This document shows positions 13,469-25,337 of a stretch of DNA of 64,000 bases, piece by piece; within the stretch, counting starts at the first letter, position 1, and each line of letters begins with the position of its first letter. The DNA is from Schmidtea polychroa (taxonomy: Eukaryota). The stretch lies in NCBI GenBank assembly GCA_044892525.1, contig CM097885.1, positions 8,806,001 to 8,870,000 of the forward strand. The letters are read 5' to 3'. The position numbers and the translations under genes were made by a program. The notes beneath the pieces were generated by a model, which saw only the letters and a program-made list of their open reading frames with translations, made no database searches and had not been told where the DNA came from.

Positions 13469-15913
13469 TTATGAAATTACTTGATCAACATCTGGAACAT
13501 CGACTCCTAAATAATGTCCATATGCGAGACTGGTATTAGGACCCACCCAAAGGCGCTTGTCATCGTTGTTCGACAAGGCTATTTTATTATTTTTAAAAGT
13601 AAAGAGCTGGTGGTTTCTTGTTCCTATTCTCGTTTGTGGCACCGTATATACTACGCTGTTGTTGTAGCAGTCTAAATACGACTGGTGTCCTATCTTAGTA
13701 TTACCAAGCTGAACTCCCTTTGCTTTTAAATGATCTTTATCCCCTAACAAACTATAACACTTAGGTCTTAAGAAAACCCATTCCTTATACCCTAAACCTT
13801 TACTCTCATCCTTAAACTTCCCTATCACAGAATCAAGGTTTCTAGAGTATAAGGGATGTGCTGGGTCATAGTTGCTAGTATCTAAAATATTATCACGAAT
13901 CATTGCCGGCAAAAGAGTGTCAAGCTTACAATGCTTTATCTCTAAGAAAAAGGAGTCAGTGTCACCGGCAACGATATTTATATCACAATTAAATTTAGAC
14001 CTGTACTTGGCCAATTCCACATATTGTAGTTGATACATTCTTAGTTTAGACAAATCTAACACTGTTTGACCAATATAGCTAGGCCTGTCTAAACATATAG
14101 AATCTTTATCCAGATGAGCCACAATCAAGTTCTCATCAATTCTGATTGATTTCTTGAAAGTTGGCTTTGAGGCATATACAATCATCTTTTCAGCTGAATT
14201 GCATAGTCTCAAATTCATCCTTTTCTTTAAGTTCTCAACGGATTTCCCATATAAGCTGTTGTTATAAAGCTTAAACAAATCTCTATATAACTCACTGGTG
14301 GATTGTGCTCTTAATGTTGTGTTTTTATCAATGTACGATTTAAAAATGGGTGCTTGCGTGAATTTAACTGCTCTATAAATTTTAACCACCGTCACACCGA
14401 GTGAAAGATAAAGTTTAAGAAGTCTCCAATGAAGAACATAGTTCTTCTTTGGCCAATGCGTGAGCATCAGCTTCTCGACTTTGGAGTTCGGTGGACACAT
14501 CTTTTCCGCAGCAATAGGAAAGTCATTAAGGAAGTCATGCAAGCATTCTGGTATATCGATATCAACTTCCATAGTATACCCATATGGAAGGTTATCAATA
14601 TCCGAATTCATACATTCATAAAGTACAGAATCCAAATCATCATATACCCATACAAAGTCAGCATAAGGCAGATTTTGGCTTAAGGCCCAACCATACAAAT
14701 TATTAATATCTATGTACAAGAGTTCAGTGTCTTCAGAACTTACAACATAATGTTTGTTAACAAATGTTAACCCACCCCGTATCCCTCATTCATAGAAATT
14801 AAACATTTCCATGTCCTGCAAAAGTTCAATGGGTTCCGTTAATGTCATAAGCGCAGAGGCCCATGACATACCGGGAATGCCATAGAAATTAAGAGGCTCA
14901 AGACCATTATATGCAATGGCCTTTGCACGGAATTGTTGAAAATAATCTGCGAGGAGAAACACGTCTAATTTAAGGTAAGTTAACATGTAATCTAACATGT
15001 TGTTGCAATTTTGCTGAGTCCAAATAACTTGGGCTAATGCATACTCATCATTAGACACAGAATCCCAGATCGGAGGTAGTTCAAGAGTCGATTCCAGAAC
15101 CTCATGCGATGTAGCACAGTCATAAGGAAAGATACCTTTGGCTCGAACAATTGCACCATCAAAAACAGAAGAAGTTAAAGGCAGATCGGAAAGAGTCTTA
15201 ACCGCTTTTGCTAAAGATGAATTAACAAACTGCATGCTGTCAATAAAACGAACAGGCAATTTGTTAATATACGCAATGAGGGAGATGGATTTTTCAGTAG
15301 TAGTCGGAATAATATTTAATTCCCAAGAAGGAAAATTATTCAAACCATACTTCAAAATATGATGGAGATCATATCCCCTCAAATTGTGAAAAACAACAGG
15401 TAACTGTCTCTGAATTCGTCGCGAAACATTACATTTCCTACAAGCAGCACCAAGATACTTGCCTGAGAAGTGACAATGATCCCTAACTCTATCTCTAATG
15501 AATTTTTTACACAGATAACAGGTTCTGGAATCTCTATATGCCCGCTGTTGAACGAAACACAAAGTTTGAATAGGTTTTCGCCCATTAATTGCGTAATATG
15601 GCAGGACAATTGTGACAGCAATTTCCTCCACTTACGCAAGAAAGACAACACACAATCATCACCAACAAACTCATAATAAAATCTAGTTTTATTATAATTA
15701 TTAATTAATAACATGCCTGCTGTTATTGGCAAGTGCTTTTGATGGTGTATTATATCCTCAGGTAAAATTGCCTCAAAATCGGCATATATCACGAATGGCG
15801 GGGTGATTGTCTTCGCATAATTTTGAAAAATTAAATTTTTCTCCTTAGGTAGTGTGTATAATGTAGTACCTATCTGGTTTTTTATGCATAAGGCGACATG
15901 AATATCAGTAGTG
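13469..15913 (-). pseudogene. Family B pPolB, copy B2, 3' part (exonuclease, endonuclease VII-like Zn module, polymerase)
   Basis: YADFEA, CYLC...RDHCHFSGKYLGAACRKCN, FHNLRGYD, FIDS, KGIFPY, YIDINNLYG, KLYNNSLYGK, AGDTDS. One frameshift near 15600 and TGA at 14786. Interrupted by element A. Confidence 0.95.
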
Positions 15914-15919
15914 AATATC

Positions 15920-16284
15920 AGTAGTGTGTTTATATCCCTAACCAAAACAGCTGTACCAACAAAACATGCCTCCATTTCACTTAAACCATTAGAAAAACAA
16001 CCTAAAACTTATACTTTTATAGTATTTTAACCCTATATTTTGAAAACAACCACCCTTAATGGCCCTAACTGTTTTAATCTTTAAAGCCTCAAACTCAAAA
16101 GCTTCAAACTAAAAACATAAAGAGAATAGAAAAGAAAAAGGTATTATGAAAAAGTTAGAGGGCTATTTTGGTTAGGATATAAACACACTACTTGAGGCAT
16201 TGTTTTGATCGTAATCAAACTCCGGAGTTGATCTTTATCAGATTATTAATTTTAAATTATATAAATTAAAAAAATTTATGAAAA
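15920..16284 (+). repeat. Left TIR of element A (outer self-inverted module 15920-16192 plus inner part)
   Basis: 15920-15992 matches the reverse complement of 29873-29946, and 16203-16284 matches the reverse complement of 29775-29855. Contains palindrome aactccggagtt. Confidence 0.9.
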
Positions 16285-19200
16285 CAGGGTATCCAATAAA
16301 AATTTTTTTTCTAAAAATGAATTGTAATATTTGTAATAAAGTTTTTAAAAATAAAACTGGATTGATTTCTCACTGTAAATCGAAAGCTCACTTATTAAAA
16401 GCCAATAATCTTAATGCCACAAATTCAAAAGTTTGTCCTAAATGTAAAGGAAGATTTCTACATTCTGGATATAATAAAAATTTTGAAAATTGTATCGGGA
16501 AAATTAGAGAAATATTTACATGTTCTCACTGTAACTTTTCAACAAAAGTAAATTTCTATTATTTAGAACATATAAAAGAATGTAAAAATAAAAAACAAAA
16601 TTCTGACGATGAAGAATGTCATTCAGAAGGAGAACCTGATTGTGTTGAAAGAGAAAAATATAACTGGGATGATTTTAATCATGTAGATGAATTTCAATTA
16701 GAAATCAATGGACCTGCAATTCCTGGAGAATATATAAATAAAAATAAAACAAATATTAAAAATTCTTTCACTGAAGCTTTAAAAAATTATAAACCAACAA
16801 GGTATAATGTTATAAAATATAAAATTATAATCAAAGCAAAATATTGGAGAGGAGCAGAAGAAAACACAACTCCTTTAGATGTTGAAATTGGAATACCCTT
16901 TAAATATTTATTTTCAACTAAAGGATTTGATAAAAACATCAAAGAAATAATTCAAGTAGTAGAAGCAAAACAAGAAGAGGTTGAAAATGAATTAGGAGAT
17001 TCAATCTTAGTATTCAACTCTTTCCAAACTTTAGTGATTGATTATTGGAGAGGATTACCACCTAATCCTAAATCTTATATTCCTACACCCTTTACATCTA
17101 AAAATGTTATAAATGTACAGAATAATGATAACAAATGTTTTCAATGGTCAATACTTGCACATTGACATCCTCAAGAATCAAACCCTCAAAGAGTTTCAAA
17201 ATACAAACAATATGAAAATGAATTAATATTTCCCAAAGGATTCAAACATCCAATGAAACTAGAAGACATTCCAAAATTTGAAAGTTTAAATAATCTTAAA
17301 ATTAATATTTATGAACATGTTAAAAGTAGAGAAATTATTCCAATTTACATTTCTGATAGTGGAACCAAGGATAACGAACCCCAGGATAACCCTAGAGAAA
17401 TATATCTTTTAATCTTGGAACAACAAAATAATCAACACTATGTTTTAATAAAAAACTTTCAAGCTTTTACATCACCAGAGAATCCAACTAGTGGAGGAGG
17501 AACATGTAAAAGATGTCTTCATTATTCATCAACTAAAAACTCTATGAATAAACATACTAGATTTTGTGAAAAAGATGATCCAGCTTTAATTAAAATGCCT
17601 AATAATCCCAAGATGTATTTTAAAAACTTTTCAAATTTACTACAAACAGTAGGAGTGCTTTATGGAGACTTTGAATCTATAAATCGTAAACAAGATTTGG
17701 TTAAACAATATTTAAAAATAATAGAAAAAAATAAACTCATGGATTCATGGAACTCCTCAGGAGAGAAGATGAAACCAGAGAGGATGAAAGCCTTTCTAAG
17801 AAAAAGAAATAAACCTAATAGTGTTAAAAAACTAAACAATTACCATCTGCTTATAAATTATTATTTAAAAGTAATTATCCTGAACTCATAGAATCTAGAG
17901 AATATACATTTCAAGGAATTTCAGAAACAGAAGTCTTGAATCACTTTACTAAAAGTATAAATGATTTAGAACATGAAATATATAAAATATTAAAAACAAA
18001 CTATCCTCAAAATATTTCTAATCAACAACAACAAGAATATGAAAATACTTCCAACTGTTGGATGTGTAAACAAGACATTCTTCCTGATGATAAAGTTAGA
18101 GATCATGATCATTTTAAAAGTGAAAATAATTATCGAGGAGCAGCTCATAAACATTGTAATCTTAATTGTCATACTCCTAAATTTGTACTTGTTATATTTC
18201 ATAATCTTTTTGGTTATGACATACATCTATTTATTAAACATTTAGCAGCAAATGCTAAAAACTCTTTCAAAGTAATAGGACTTACAAAGGAAAAATATAA
18301 ATCAGTTGAATATGGAAAATTAAAATTTATAGACTCGTTAAACTTTCTCCAAATGTCTCTAGATGCAGTAGCAAAAACAATGAAACCAGAAGATTTTAAA
18401 ATCACTCGAGAATTCTTGGAAAAAAATAATATTCCTCTAGAAGAATATCCTACATGTTTAGCAAAAGGAATATATCCTTTTGACTATGTTGACTCGTTCG
18501 AAAGATATAATGAAACAAGTCTTCCTAGCCAAGAAGATTTCTTTTCACAACTTCAAAAATATCATATTACAAATCAAGAATATTCTCGAGCAAATAAAAT
18601 GTGGGAATTATTCAAGTGTAAAACTTTAGGAGAATATACAAGTATGTATTTATCCTTGGATGTTTATATTCTAGCAGATTGCTTTGAAGAATTTACAAAG
18701 TCTTTTGTTCTTAAACCTTACAATTATATAACAGCACCCTCTTTAGCTTGGGATACTTTATTATATACCATTTGGACTTCAAATATAGAAGAAGGTGATA
18801 AAATTATAGAGCTTTTAACCGACCTCAATATGTTTAACCAAATTAAAACAAACATTAGAGGAGGAGTCTCTTCAGTAATGGGGAATAGAGAAATAAAAGC
18901 TAGAAATGCAATAACTACTAGCCGAAGACTCTCTAAACACCCTAATGATCCATATATAAAAATTAACAATGAGGAATTAAAAGAATTGTTGGAAACAATG
19001 AAAAATCCTATATTTATACTTTATATAGATGCAACAGCTCTATATTCTGGTATAATGACTCAATATTTACCAATGGGTGATTTCACTGAAATATATCCTC
19101 CAGAGGGACTTCCAGAGGGACTTCCAGAGGATTCACTAAAGACTCTTGTAAAAGAAATACTTTCAACACCTAAAGATTCTCCAATAGGTTATTTTATAGA

Positions 19201-20641
19201 ATGTGACTTATTATATCCAGATGATATAAAATCAGGAACAAGATATTTTCCTTTAGCTCCTATAAGAAGAAGGGTTGATATCAACGAACTTTCTGAATGG
19301 CAAATCTCACAAAATAAACCCCCAACAATGAAACTTCTTTGTGATCAAACAGATCGAAGATTTTATCTTTGTCACTATAGACTCCTCCAATTTTACCTCT
19401 CACGAGGAATGATACTAAAAAAGATTCATAATGTCATAAGATTTAAACAGACTCCATTCATGAAAGCTTTTATCGAGGAGAACATTAGGTGTCGAAACAT
19501 TGCAAAAAGAGAAGGTAACCTTTTTAAAGATATGAATTGTAAACTTTTAAACAATTCAGTCTTTGGGAAAACAATGGAGAATGTTGATAAATATACTCAT
19601 ATTGAACTCCTAACAAATACTACCAAAGATATTAAGCGTTATAATCGTATGCTAGGAAAGCCTACATTTAAAAACGCACAAGTATTTTCTGAAAATCTTA
19701 CTGCAGTAGAACTAAAGAATTTTGAGAAAACATACAATAAACCAATATTTATAGGGTTTACAATTTTAGAACTCTCAAAATTACAAATGTATGAGACATA
19801 TTATAACATCTTTCAACCTATATATGGTCCTAATATATCAATGCATGCAATGGATACAGATTCAATGTTTTTAACAATAAGAACTCATGATTTACAAAGA
19901 GATATAGCTGAAAATCCTATACTTTCAAATTTAATAAATTCATCTGGAGAACTATTTTCATTTAAAGATGAAAAACCTTTTACTCCTATAGAAAATGGAA
20001 TATTTATTCGTGCTAAACAATATTCATACGAAACATTTACAAATCCTAAATTTGAAACTCGAAAAATTATAGTTAAAAACTTGGAGGGATTAGAGGAATC
20101 TTTTACATATAAATATCCTATATTCCCTGAAGAAGAAAAACCTGTAAAGGATAACAGATGTAAAGGAATACAGAAATCAGTTGCAAAGAATCTTTCTCAT
20201 CAAGATTATATAGATACATTAAACCCAGGTCATAAAGATAAAATTGATGAAGTGTATCAGATTAAAAGTGAAAAGCATGATATTCACTTGATAGAATCTC
20301 AAAAAGTATCATTATCAAATTATGATGATAAGAGATTCATACTAAGTGATTTAAAGACAACTCTACCTATTGGAAATAATTTAATCCCTATAATAAAAAA
20401 TCTAGAAAAGTTGAATAAGTTATATGATACAAATATTATCGATCTTGATATTTATAATGTTGAAATCATTTATCCCGAGAGAGAAATCGAGAAGCCTTTA
20501 TATTCTCAAGTTTTTAATCCTATATGTTTAGAACTTAAATATTTTAATACTGATCCTGAATATATAAAAGGTCTAAGTGATAAAGAATTTAAAGATCATA
20601 AATTAATGATTCAACAAGTACAGTCAATCTCAGTCAGTTAA
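16278..20641 (+). pseudogene. Element A protein-primed family B DNA polymerase with N-terminal zinc fingers; one nonsense codon and one frameshift
   Basis: CNIC..H..H finger, INVQNNDNKCFQWSILAH*HP (in-frame TGA 17163-65), YGDFES, RDHDH, FHNLFGYD, KGIYPFDY, YIDATALY, KLLNNSVFGK, MDTDS. Frameshift near 17830. Confidence 0.95.
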
Positions 20642-20972
20642 AGTTATTTTTTCCTTAAAAAAAATGTCAACAATGAAAATAGAAAATTAATTTTTATTAG
20701 TATAATAATCATCATTGGAATTTATTTATCTTTTAAATTTTTAAAAGATGGTATCATAATACTTCTTACTCCCTTTTTTAAAATGGTTTTCATAATCAGA
20801 TTCTTCCGATTCTTCAGATTCTTGTTCTAATCCAGAGACTAGGTTCCCAGGGGTTGGATTCCCAGGGGTTGGATTCCCAGAGGCTAAAAATTGAAGTCTC
20901 TTTCTTTTTATCCTTTAGGTCTTTATCCTTTAGGTCTTTTAAAAAATCAATCATTTTATAAATAAGAATTTT

Positions 20973-21551
20973 TCAATAAGAATTCTTTAACCATTTTTCC
21001 CGTTTAATTATTTTAGAATATTCATTAGTTATAACATTAGCACTTTTTAATTTATTAATATTATTTTTAATATCTTGTATTATTTGATTTGATTTCATTA
21101 TTTCATCATCACTCAAGATTCCATCTTCTAAAGCTTTTAATTGAAATAAAAATAATTTAGAGATTCCTAATTCTATTGACAAACAAACTTCACGATATAA
21201 ACTTTTCTTTTTAGAAGTATAAGATAATGAAACTATTTCAGTTAGGAAACCATCAGCTACAGAAATACTTCCAAGTATTACTGGTGCAATTGTTAAAACT
21301 GGTAAAGTTATAGGTAAAATAACTGTTAATATTGCAGATGCAAATCCTAAAGAATAACCTATAACTTTTAAAACTGTATTCCCTTTATTCCATCTATTTT
21401 TAATTTTTTTATAATGCTTTAATAAATCTTGTAAATGTAAGGTTTCTGATTTAAATTCTTTTACTCTCATAATTTCAAGTTCTGTGGGAGCCGAAGGTTT
21501 GGGGGAAGCTCTCAATTCTGGGTAAATTTTTTCTTCTCTTACTTCTTCCAT
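20973..21551 (-). CDS. Predicted membrane protein with N-terminal YPEL and PSAP motifs
   Basis: 192-aa ORF with a long central hydrophobic segment (VIGYSLGFASAILTVILPITLPVLTIAPVILG) flanked by helical regions. Confidence 0.8.
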   Translation of the reverse strand: MEEVREEKIYPELRASPKPSAPTELEIMRVKEFKSETLHLQDLLKHYKKIKNRWNKGNTVLKVIGYSLGFASAILTVILPITLPVLTIAPVILGSISVADGFLTEIVSLSYTSKKKSLYREVCLSIELGISKLFLFQLKALEDGILSDDEIMKSNQIIQDIKNNINKLKSANVITNEYSKIIKREKWLKNSY

Positions 21552-21559
21552 TTTAATAA

Positions 21560-22540
21560 TTAAAAAAATAAGACTTTATTCTTCTGAGCACCATCTGGTA
21601 CCAATACTCGGATATCAAAAGAAACTCTTGTTGAGAGAATGTCTTTATATAATTCCATCAACGCATTACGAACTCTGTCAACATCAACTTTTTTTTCATA
21701 AAATATTAAATCTATATATTGTACAAGTGTGCTTTTAAAAATAATATTCTTACTTTTAACTTTATGTAATCCATGCGAATGAGTATTAACATGCCAATTT
21801 TCGTGTGGTAAATTATAAGCAGTAATTATAACATCACCCTTTTCAAACTTACTATTATAATCACATTTCACAAACCATTTCATTCTTTCATTATCATCAT
21901 CAAATAAAAAGAAATAAGGATCAATAATCTTTACAACCATAAAAACACTCCATTCTTTACTATTTGTTGTTATTAAAGTTGGTTCTATAAAATGTTTATA
22001 TGTATGGGGTAATAATGTTTTATTCTGTTCTAATTCAGCAGCTGTTTTTCTAATACTATGTGTGGTGTTAATATGTGTTGTATGAGACTCTAAATTTGAA
22101 AGTCTTTTATTAAATGATGTAATCATCTCATTTATTATATTATATATTGTATTAATTTTATTATCCATAAGTTGTTTATGCATAAGTCTTTTATTTTTTA
22201 AAATTGATATTGTATCAGTTAACCTTTGAGTTTCTTCAGCTATCTTTTTAGCTTCTTCATTTAACTGGGTTTGTAATTTATTTATTTTAGATTCTAGTTT
22301 AGATTCTAAAGAATTATTAATATCAAGTTTTAAATCTTTGAGTTTGAGATCTACATATTTTTTATTTACTGCATCAAAATCATCAGTTGGATAAGCTAGT
22401 TCTTTTATCCTATGTCCATTTAAAATTAAATCTCCTTTCATGGAATCACCTTTTTCATTAATATATTTTTTTTCTGTTAAGCTTAAAACATCTTCATCTT
22501 TTAATCCTTCATTATATAAACCAAATTTATTATAATTCAT
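21560..22540 (-). CDS. Fibre/spike-like protein
   Basis: KGDSMKGDLILNGHRIKELAYPTDDFDAVNKKYVD resembles the trimeric fibre/YadA-stalk-type repeat. It is followed by a coiled coil and a beta-rich C-terminal domain. Confidence 0.7.
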   Translation of the reverse strand: MNYNKFGLYNEGLKDEDVLSLTEKKYINEKGDSMKGDLILNGHRIKELAYPTDDFDAVNKKYVDLKLKDLKLDINNSLESKLESKINKLQTQLNEEAKKIAEETQRLTDTISILKNKRLMHKQLMDNKINTIYNIINEMITSFNKRLSNLESHTTHINTTHSIRKTAAELEQNKTLLPHTYKHFIEPTLITTNSKEWSVFMVVKIIDPYFFLFDDDNERMKWFVKCDYNSKFEKGDVIITAYNLPHENWHVNTHSHGLHKVKSKNIIFKSTLVQYIDLIFYEKKVDVDRVRNALMELYKDILSTRVSFDIRVLVPDGAQKNKVLFF

Positions 22541-22631
22541 TTATTTACTAATAAAATCCTGATAGTTTAGCCTGACTAGGTTATCAATCCTCGATAGTTT
22601 AGCCTGGCTAGGTTATCAGACCTTGAAAATC

Positions 22632-23369
22632 CTATACCTGTCTTAAAGATAAACACATTGAAATCTTTTCTCCATTAAAACTAATCAATTCTCCGTTTTC
22701 ATCAACAATTTTAAAACTTATACTCATTATGTTTTTTCTACATATTGGTAAATAATTTGGAGGATTCATTCTTTGAACCATTTTATATCCAACTCTTACA
22801 ATGTTTGAAGGAAAAGAATATAAAATATTTGCATGTTTACCATTATTATATGAACCTGTTATACAATCACATTCAATATTTATAGAATTTGTATTTGTAA
22901 TCTGTATAATATTTTTAGATTTAAAGGTTCCAGAGGTTGTTCCAGGTGTATACTCTTTAGCTTCAAAACCTAAAATAGTATGAAAGAAACTAGAAGTATT
23001 AAAAGAAAGTCCAACATTTTTTAAAGTTAATATACATTTAGAGGTTTGAAAATCTGCTTTTATTTCTACATTTCCATTTGTTTCTTTTGAAATTACTTTT
23101 GCTAAATCTAAGATTTCATATGATCCAGGTTCAATTCGTATAATATTATTATTACTCTCAAGTATAAATTTATTATTATTAGAGTTTATATTAAAAATAG
23201 TATTAAAACATGAAAACCACAAGAGTCCTAATTCATAATTTAAATCTTTATCTAAATTTATTGAGTCTTCAAAATTTATAGTAAAATCTGATTCATTTGA
23301 ATTTATTAATAAACTTCTTGAATATTTATTAGACATTATGTTTACCATTTTTTTTAAATCATCTTCCAT
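22632..23369 (-). CDS. Minor capsid protein (penton)
   Basis: SDFTINFEDSINL..YELGL; IEPGSYEI; INIECDCITGSYNNG...ILYSF; ISFKIVDENGELISFNGE. Confidence 0.85.
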   Translation of the reverse strand: MEDDLKKMVNIMSNKYSRSLLINSNESDFTINFEDSINLDKDLNYELGLLWFSCFNTIFNINSNNNKFILESNNNIIRIEPGSYEILDLAKVISKETNGNVEIKADFQTSKCILTLKNVGLSFNTSSFFHTILGFEAKEYTPGTTSGTFKSKNIIQITNTNSINIECDCITGSYNNGKHANILYSFPSNIVRVGYKMVQRMNPPNYLPICRKNIMSISFKIVDENGELISFNGEKISMCLSLRQV

Positions 23370-23377
23370 TTATTATA

Positions 23378-23881
23378 TCAAACTTTCAGACTTTCAGAGA
23401 TTAAAGGTTCTAAACTATTATAAATTTCTTGGATTATAGATTTAAAATCTTGATCTCTATTTAGTTTATAAAGGACATATAAACTTAAAATACCACATAT
23501 TTTAGTATTATTAGGTTGAACTTGTATATTATTAAAAGTATAATCTTTGGAACAACCTTTGGAGGAACCTTTGGAAGTCCCTACGGAAGTGTCCCTAGAC
23601 TCAAGATAGTCTTGTACTTCTTTAGTAGGTTTAATACCAAAAGAATCAAAGTATATAGACTTGTGGAATGAATCTTGAAATATACAAACCCAATGAGATC
23701 CTTTTTCATTTGAATTTTGATAGTTTATAATAATATTATTCTTTTTAGTTTTTCCAATCTTGTATAATTCATCATTCATTAATATTTTAATTTTTAAATT
23801 TAAATAATCTGCATAATCTTTCAAATCAAAATTTGTTTTTTCATTTATTTCAAAAGTTTTTAAAAAATCTAGTATAGACAT
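23378..23881 (-). CDS. Adenain-like cysteine maturation protease
   Basis: GSHWVC, YFDSFG, QVQ...ICG (His/Asp/Gln/Cys catalytic set). Confidence 0.92.
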   Translation of the reverse strand: MSILDFLKTFEINEKTNFDLKDYADYLNLKIKILMNDELYKIGKTKKNNIIINYQNSNEKGSHWVCIFQDSFHKSIYFDSFGIKPTKEVQDYLESRDTSVGTSKGSSKGCSKDYTFNNIQVQPNNTKICGILSLYVLYKLNRDQDFKSIIQEIYNSLEPLISESLKV

Positions 23882-23934
23882 TTCTATATTTAAAACTTTG
23901 TATCTTTAGACTTTGTATCTTGAAACTTTATATC

Positions 23935-24768
23935 TTAAAACTTTGTATACTTTAAAAATTTATCTTTTGTAATCATTCCTTGATTTAATAATTCTTTTGA
24001 AATCTTTAAAATATCAGAATTTAAATTATTATGTCCTGCTTTTTTAGCTCCTAATAATTTTCTTAATTCAATAAAAAGATTGATAGGATTATTGAACCCC
24101 TTACCTTTGAACTTTGTACCTTTGAACTCCGTACCTTTGAACTCCGTACCCTCTGTAACAATATAACCCCTTTCATTTTTATTCTTTAACTCTTGAATAT
24201 ATTTTGAATTTGAACTAGCTCCTATTAATTTCATTAAACTTAAATATTTTTTAATTTCATCTGAGGAATCATCCTCTAGGGGATATCCACAAATTAATCT
24301 TAAAAAAACATCTGAAAATTCAAGGTTTAAATGTTTATTATTATAAACATTTTGTGAACGAATGTGTGAATTATTTTCTGGATCTAAATATAAAGTAAAG
24401 TTTTGTTTATTAATTGTTATTATTTGATATCCATGATCATTAATAATAAATGAGGGTTTAATTGAAGGACTCAAACCTTGATTAATTTTAGGATCAACGA
24501 TAAGAGGTTTCATCATCTCAAGGGGCTCTAATTAAAAAGGTTGTTCCAGGGGTTTTAATCCTGAAGGTTTTAATTCTAAAGGTTTTAATCCCAAAGGTTG
24601 TTCCAAAGGTTTTAAAGTCTCTATGGCTTTAATGGTTGGTTGTTGTTGTTGCATCATCACTTCATTTAATATCAGAGATTCATTCTGTAGGTTTAAATTT
24701 TTTTTATTATAGTTGTTTTGTTCAGATTGTAATTTTTTTAAAAGAGCCAACCTTTCTTCATATACCAT
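23935..24768 (-). pseudogene. Polinton uncharacterised protein; two in-frame ORFs split by one TAA at 24532
   Basis: ORFs 24532-24768 and 23935-24516 share a frame and read LKPLEQPF*LEPLEMMKPL across the stop. C-terminal LLGAKKAGHNN resembles a motif common in Polinton core ORFs. Confidence 0.65.
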
Positions 24769-24790
24769 TTTTATACCATTTTTATACCAT

Positions 24791-25321
24791 TTATACCTCC
24801 CAGGGTTTCAGGTATAATCCTATACCATTTTTAGTTTTACACATGCACCCATTTTTTAGGGATTTACATATTTTTTTAAAATCCTCTTTATCCTTTGGAG
24901 ATAAAGAATTAGATGATGAAATTTGATTCTTTAAAAAATCATTTAAACCTCTACCTTTATAAGGATCAAGATAAAGACCTTTTCCAACGGACCCTTTCCC
25001 CTTCTTCTTCATTGAATCGATTTCAGTTTGTAGTTTTTCTTTTTCTAGGTCTGTCTTTTGAGATTCTTTAGCTTTTTGAACTGTAGTTGCAATTCCTCCA
25101 GCTATTCCAGCAGCACCTGATAAACCAGCAATGATTGCAGGTATTAAAGCAGCTAATGGAAGAAAACCACCCTCTTTAGCTTGCTCCTTCTGTCGCTCTT
25201 TAACTTGTTCCTTTACATGTTTTCCAATAAAATATTTTTTACCATCAATTACTACTGATTTACTTTTATTTGAATTTATTAATTCTTGCAAAGATTCCTC
25301 CGAAGGTTCCCATGTTGTCAT
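24791..25321 (-). CDS. Adenovirus pX(mu)-like virion core/membrane-active precursor
   Basis: GGFLPLAALIPAIIAG resembles the adenovirus pX C-terminal GGFLPALIPIIAAAIG motif. Repeated GxG-L motifs. Confidence 0.75.
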   Translation of the reverse strand: MTTWEPSEESLQELINSNKSKSVVIDGKKYFIGKHVKEQVKERQKEQAKEGGFLPLAALIPAIIAGLSGAAGIAGGIATTVQKAKESQKTDLEKEKLQTEIDSMKKKGKGSVGKGLYLDPYKGRGLNDFLKNQISSSNSLSPKDKEDFKKICKSLKNGCMCKTKNGIGLYLKPWEV

Positions 25322-25337
25322 TTTTTAAATAATAAAA

